From NCBI GenBank assembly GCA_035559535.1, contig DATMBG010000045.1, positions 45,875 through 65,874 of the forward strand: DNA of 20,000 bases. The letters run 5' to 3'. The DNA is from Candidatus Limnocylindrales bacterium. GTDB taxonomy: Bacteria; Moduliflexota; Moduliflexia; Moduliflexales; JAUQPW01. Of the stretch, positions 16,664 to 20,000 are shown piece after piece; position 1 is the first letter of the stretch; every line of letters starts with the position of its first letter. The notes beneath the pieces are model-generated. The model made no database searches and was not told the origin of the DNA. It worked only from the letters and a program-made list of their open reading frames with translations. The position numbers were made by a program, and so were the translations under genes.

Positions 16664-17842
16664 ATGCATATAGGAGTTGATGCGACCTGTTGGCAAAACA
16701 CGCGGGGCTATGGCCGTCATGCCCGTGCTCTGCTGAGTACCCTCGTTCGCCTGGATACCGAAAATCGCTATACCTTTGTCCTGGATTCGGCTGAAAATGA
16801 AAAAGTATTACCATCTGGAGTCGAAGTCAGGGTGGCAAAAACAACGACTCCTACGGCTATTGCAGCCTCTGCTAGGGGGCATCGCTCTTTACGAGACCTG
16901 TGGCAGATGAGTCGAACCCTGTCCAGTTCCGATTTTGATTTGTTACTGTTTCCTACCATCTATAGTTATGTTCCGATACTCAGCCGGGCCAAAAAAATAG
17001 TCATGATCCATGACATCATCCCGGAGACCTTTCCCCAACTTACCTTACCTGGCTTTACCTCGCGACTCTTCTGGAAGACAAAGACTGCCCTCGGTCGCTG
17101 GCAGGCAGATGCCATCGTCACGGTTTCTGACTACTCCCGTCAAGGGATTATAAAGCATTTCAATATCCCCCCTGAGAAGGTTTTCGTGGTCGGTGAAGCC
17201 AGTGATCCTATTTTTCGGGTACTGGATAATCCCATCCCTACTCCCTATCTTATCTCATTGGGCATAACACCTTATGGTCGCCATGTGGTGTATGTGGGGG
17301 GTTTTGGTCCGCACAAAAACCTAGAAACCCTGGTTACAGTATTTGCAAAACTTTCACGCTATCTCACTTTCTCAGATATTCGTCTGGTTCTGGTAGGGGA
17401 GTATCAAAAGGAAGTTTTTTATAGTTCTTTTGAAACCATTCGGCGACGGGTTGAGGAGCTGGGAATTACCCATCGGGTTCTCTTTACCGGATATCTCTCC
17501 GATGAAGAGCTGGTTGTTTTACTGAACCTTTCCACCGTGCTGGTATTACCTTCCCTCATCGAGGGTTTTGGACTCCCGGCTATTGAAGCAGCGGCCTGCG
17601 GTTGCCCGGTTATTGCAACAACCGCCAGTCCCTTACCTGATCTTTTAGGTACAGCAGGTCTTTATATCGATCCCCAGAGACCGGAAGAATTGGAGGAAGC
17701 TCTTATTCGGGTCCTGGAATCGGAGAGTTTGCGGCGACAGATGCGGGGAAAAGGACTCATGGCTGTCCGTCAGCTCACCTGGGAAATAGCAGCCCGACAG
17801 ATGATGAGTCTTTTACACGCTATGGGTAAAGAGTATCCATGA
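16664..17842 (+). CDS. Glycosyltransferase family 4 (GT-B, MtfB/WbaZ-like)
   Basis: MHIGVDA, GYGRHAR, MIHDIIP, IVTVSDYS, YVGGFGPHKNL and LPSLIEGFGLPAIEAAACGCPVI (EX7E motif). ATG 16664 is preferred over TTG 16655. Confidence 0.93.
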   Translation: MHIGVDATCWQNTRGYGRHARALLSTLVRLDTENRYTFVLDSAENEKVLPSGVEVRVAKTTTPTAIAASARGHRSLRDLWQMSRTLSSSDFDLLLFPTIYSYVPILSRAKKIVMIHDIIPETFPQLTLPGFTSRLFWKTKTALGRWQADAIVTVSDYSRQGIIKHFNIPPEKVFVVGEASDPIFRVLDNPIPTPYLISLGITPYGRHVVYVGGFGPHKNLETLVTVFAKLSRYLTFSDIRLVLVGEYQKEVFYSSFETIRRRVEELGITHRVLFTGYLSDEELVVLLNLSTVLVLPSLIEGFGLPAIEAAACGCPVIATTASPLPDLLGTAGLYIDPQRPEELEEALIRVLESESLRRQMRGKGLMAVRQLTWEIAARQMMSLLHAMGKEYP

Positions 17843-19110
17843 ATCGTCCCCTTAATTTCTTACACCTCACAACCTTTTATCCACCTTATAGTTTCGGGGG
17901 AGATGCCATGTATATCTACCGCCTGGCCCATGCCCTTGGAGAGGAGGGACATCAGGTTGATGTCATTCACTGCATCGATTCTTATCACCTGCTACACCCC
18001 GGAGAGCCTAAAATTAAATTTGCCGATCATCCCAACGTAACAATCCATGGTCTGCGAAGCGGATACCGGTGGCTTTCACCCCTCCTCACCCAACAAACCG
18101 GTCGACCCTTCCTAAAGCAAAAGCGGATCCGGCAAATCCTCCACAGCAAACCTTACGATGTTTTGCATTTCCATAATATTTCTTTGCTGGGTCCGAAAAT
18201 TTTAACTTTGGAGCCTCCTCACCATCGTTCGGTAAAAATATACACGACCCACGAACACTGGCTCATTTGCCCTACCCATGTACTTTGGAAATTTAACGAC
18301 CGGCCCTGTGAAAAACCCGAGTGCCTGCGATGTATCCTCAAGGCCGGACGTCCGCCGCAACTCTGGCGTTATACAGACCTGCTGGCAAAGTCCAGCCAAC
18401 ACGTGGATCAGTTCGTCTCACCCAGCCGCTTTACCGCCCGTATGCATGCAGAACGTGGCTTCCCCAAACCGGTAGCCCATCTCCCCTATTTTATCGACCG
18501 GGTTGATCAAGACTGGAAAAATCCGGGCCCCCGCCCCCAGGAAAAACCTTACTTCCTCTTCGTGGGAAGACTGGAAATCATTAAAGGACTTCAAACCTTG
18601 ATCGAGCTCTGGAAGAAGGTAGAGGATTTCGACTTACTCATTGCAGGTACAGGCAGTTATGAAACCCCATTACGGGCGCAAGCGGCTTCCAACCCCCGTA
18701 TCAAATTCCTGGGAGCGTTACCTCAACGTAAGCTGGGAGAACTCTATGTCCATGCCCTGGCCTGTATTGTTCCATCCATCACCTATGAAACCTTTGGAAT
18801 CATCATTATTGAAGCCTTCGCCCGGAAAACCCCTGTCATCGTTAGGGACCTGGGTGCCTTACCGGAAGTGGTTCACGATAGCGGAGGTGGCTTCGTCTAT
18901 CGCACCGATGAGGAGTTGCTCACGGTCCTGTACCGTATAGCCAGCTCCCCAGCGTTACGTTGTGAGCTGGGCGAAAAAGGGTATCAGGCATTTATACGAT
19001 GGTGGTCTAAGGAGGCCCATCTGGAACTTTATTTTGATTTCCTCCAAAAGGCCGCCCTTAAAAAATTTGGATATATACCCTGGGAAAGTAATGAAAGAGC
19101 ACGAACTTAA
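17839..19110 (+). CDS. Glycosyltransferase family 4 (GT-B) with a Cys-rich insertion
   Basis: YPPYSFGG, HFHNI, TTHEHWLICP...C.KPECLRC, FVSPSRF, FVGRLEIIKG and PSITYETFGIIIIEAFA. ATGA overlap with the upstream GT4. Confidence 0.92.
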   Translation: MNRPLNFLHLTTFYPPYSFGGDAMYIYRLAHALGEEGHQVDVIHCIDSYHLLHPGEPKIKFADHPNVTIHGLRSGYRWLSPLLTQQTGRPFLKQKRIRQILHSKPYDVLHFHNISLLGPKILTLEPPHHRSVKIYTTHEHWLICPTHVLWKFNDRPCEKPECLRCILKAGRPPQLWRYTDLLAKSSQHVDQFVSPSRFTARMHAERGFPKPVAHLPYFIDRVDQDWKNPGPRPQEKPYFLFVGRLEIIKGLQTLIELWKKVEDFDLLIAGTGSYETPLRAQAASNPRIKFLGALPQRKLGELYVHALACIVPSITYETFGIIIIEAFARKTPVIVRDLGALPEVVHDSGGGFVYRTDEELLTVLYRIASSPALRCELGEKGYQAFIRWWSKEAHLELYFDFLQKAALKKFGYIPWESNERART

Positions 19111-19852
19111 TATCCTGATGTACCACTCCATCTCAGAAGGATCTGGACCTACCTGTATTTCCCCTCATATCTTTAAGGAGCAGTTGGAGGTGCTTTCAGA
19201 TTGCGGTTATCAGGTCATTTCTTTGTCCGACTTTGTCGCCTGGAAGGGAGGGGAACGAGAACTTACCGGACGCTCTGTGGTCATCACCTTTGATGACGGC
19301 TTCAAGGACTTTGCCACGACCGCTTTCCCCGAACTTCAAGCCCGCGGATGGACGGCAACGGTCTTTTTACCTGCCGGTAAAATCGGAGGCGTTGATGATT
19401 GGGAATCCAACAGATCTGGATATTCACCGAGATCCCTCATGGATTGGAAAACCATTCAAGAACTGGCGGACCTGGGAGTGAATTTTGGAGCCCATGGAAT
19501 CCACCATACGGATCTTACAACCCTGGCCCCAAAAATCGCACGCCAGGAGATCGTAGAGTCTAAACGTAGAATAGAAGAGCATACTGGTCACCCTGTTATC
19601 AGCTTTGCTCCACCGTATGGAAAAATCAATGCCTTTGTAAAATCAGAAATTCGTAAAGAATACCTTCTGGCCGTAGGAACTCAACTGGATCGTGTCCGTC
19701 GTACCTCAGACCTGTATGACTTGCCTCGAATCGAAATGTGGTATTTTCGACATCTTCGTCCCTGGCGCACCTATCTTAAACAGGGATCCAGCATGTACTT
19801 TACCCTGAAACAAATACTGCGTCAATTTAGAACCCATGTGTTTCCCTCTTAA
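19091..19852 (+). CDS. Polysaccharide deacetylase (CE4/NodB-like, IcaB/PgaB-type topology), about 253 aa
   Basis: ILMYHSI, VVITFDDGF, ATVFL, GAHGIHH, FAPPYG and LPRI. ATG 19091 overlaps the end of the GT4 gene by 20 nt. Confidence 0.92.
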   Translation: MKEHELNILMYHSISEGSGPTCISPHIFKEQLEVLSDCGYQVISLSDFVAWKGGERELTGRSVVITFDDGFKDFATTAFPELQARGWTATVFLPAGKIGGVDDWESNRSGYSPRSLMDWKTIQELADLGVNFGAHGIHHTDLTTLAPKIARQEIVESKRRIEEHTGHPVISFAPPYGKINAFVKSEIRKEYLLAVGTQLDRVRRTSDLYDLPRIEMWYFRHLRPWRTYLKQGSSMYFTLKQILRQFRTHVFPS

Positions 19853-19870
19853 ACCAAAGGAATTCAAATT

Positions 19871-20000
19871 ATGAAAATTCAAGTTCAAACCCCAGCAAAA
19901 CTTAAACGACTCCTCTACCTCCATCTCTCCCAACCCCTTATCTCCCTCACCCTCCTAACCCTGATCCTGCTCTTCCTGAACACCAAAGGCATATCCCACG
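19871..20000 (+). CDS. N-terminus of a probable membrane protein (partial, runs off the window)
   Basis: AAAGGA at about 19856-19861 precedes ATG 19871. The frame is open to the window end: MKIQVQTPAKLKRLLYLHLSQPLISLTLLTLILLFLNTKGISH, a basic N-region followed by a hydrophobic segment. Confidence 0.6.
   Translation, partial: MKIQVQTPAKLKRLLYLHLSQPLISLTLLTLILLFLNTKGISH

Overview
A gene-dense window read entirely on the + strand. It holds part of a bacterial cell-surface glycan (or glycoconjugate) synthesis and decoration cluster: 15 co-oriented CDSs, with the first and last truncated by the window edges. Gene order is two soluble alkaline-phosphatase-superfamily (NPP/phosphodiesterase-like) proteins, two paralogous membrane-anchored Thr-type 'sulfatase-like' proteins, a GT87/DUF2029-like GT-C enzyme, a CofD/YvcK-family domain fused to a degenerate GT2 domain, a HAD phosphatase, a stand-alone GlmU-N/MobA-like nucleotidyltransferase, two polyprenol-phosphate GT2s, a GT-C-like membrane protein fused to a seven-repeat SBBP propeller, two GT4s, a CE4 polysaccharide deacetylase and the start of another membrane protein. 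The best candidate for an undescribed system is the GT87 / CofD-YvcK::GT2* / HAD / NTase / GT2 module, which looks like a route to make an unusual activated substituent, load it on a lipid carrier and transfer it outside the membrane. Also notable are an apparently catalytically dead AlkP paralog and three different inverted-repeat elements in intergenic gaps, one of which is an 8-mer array with G-quadruplex/hairpin potential. All family calls come from motif recognition by eye; no searches were run.
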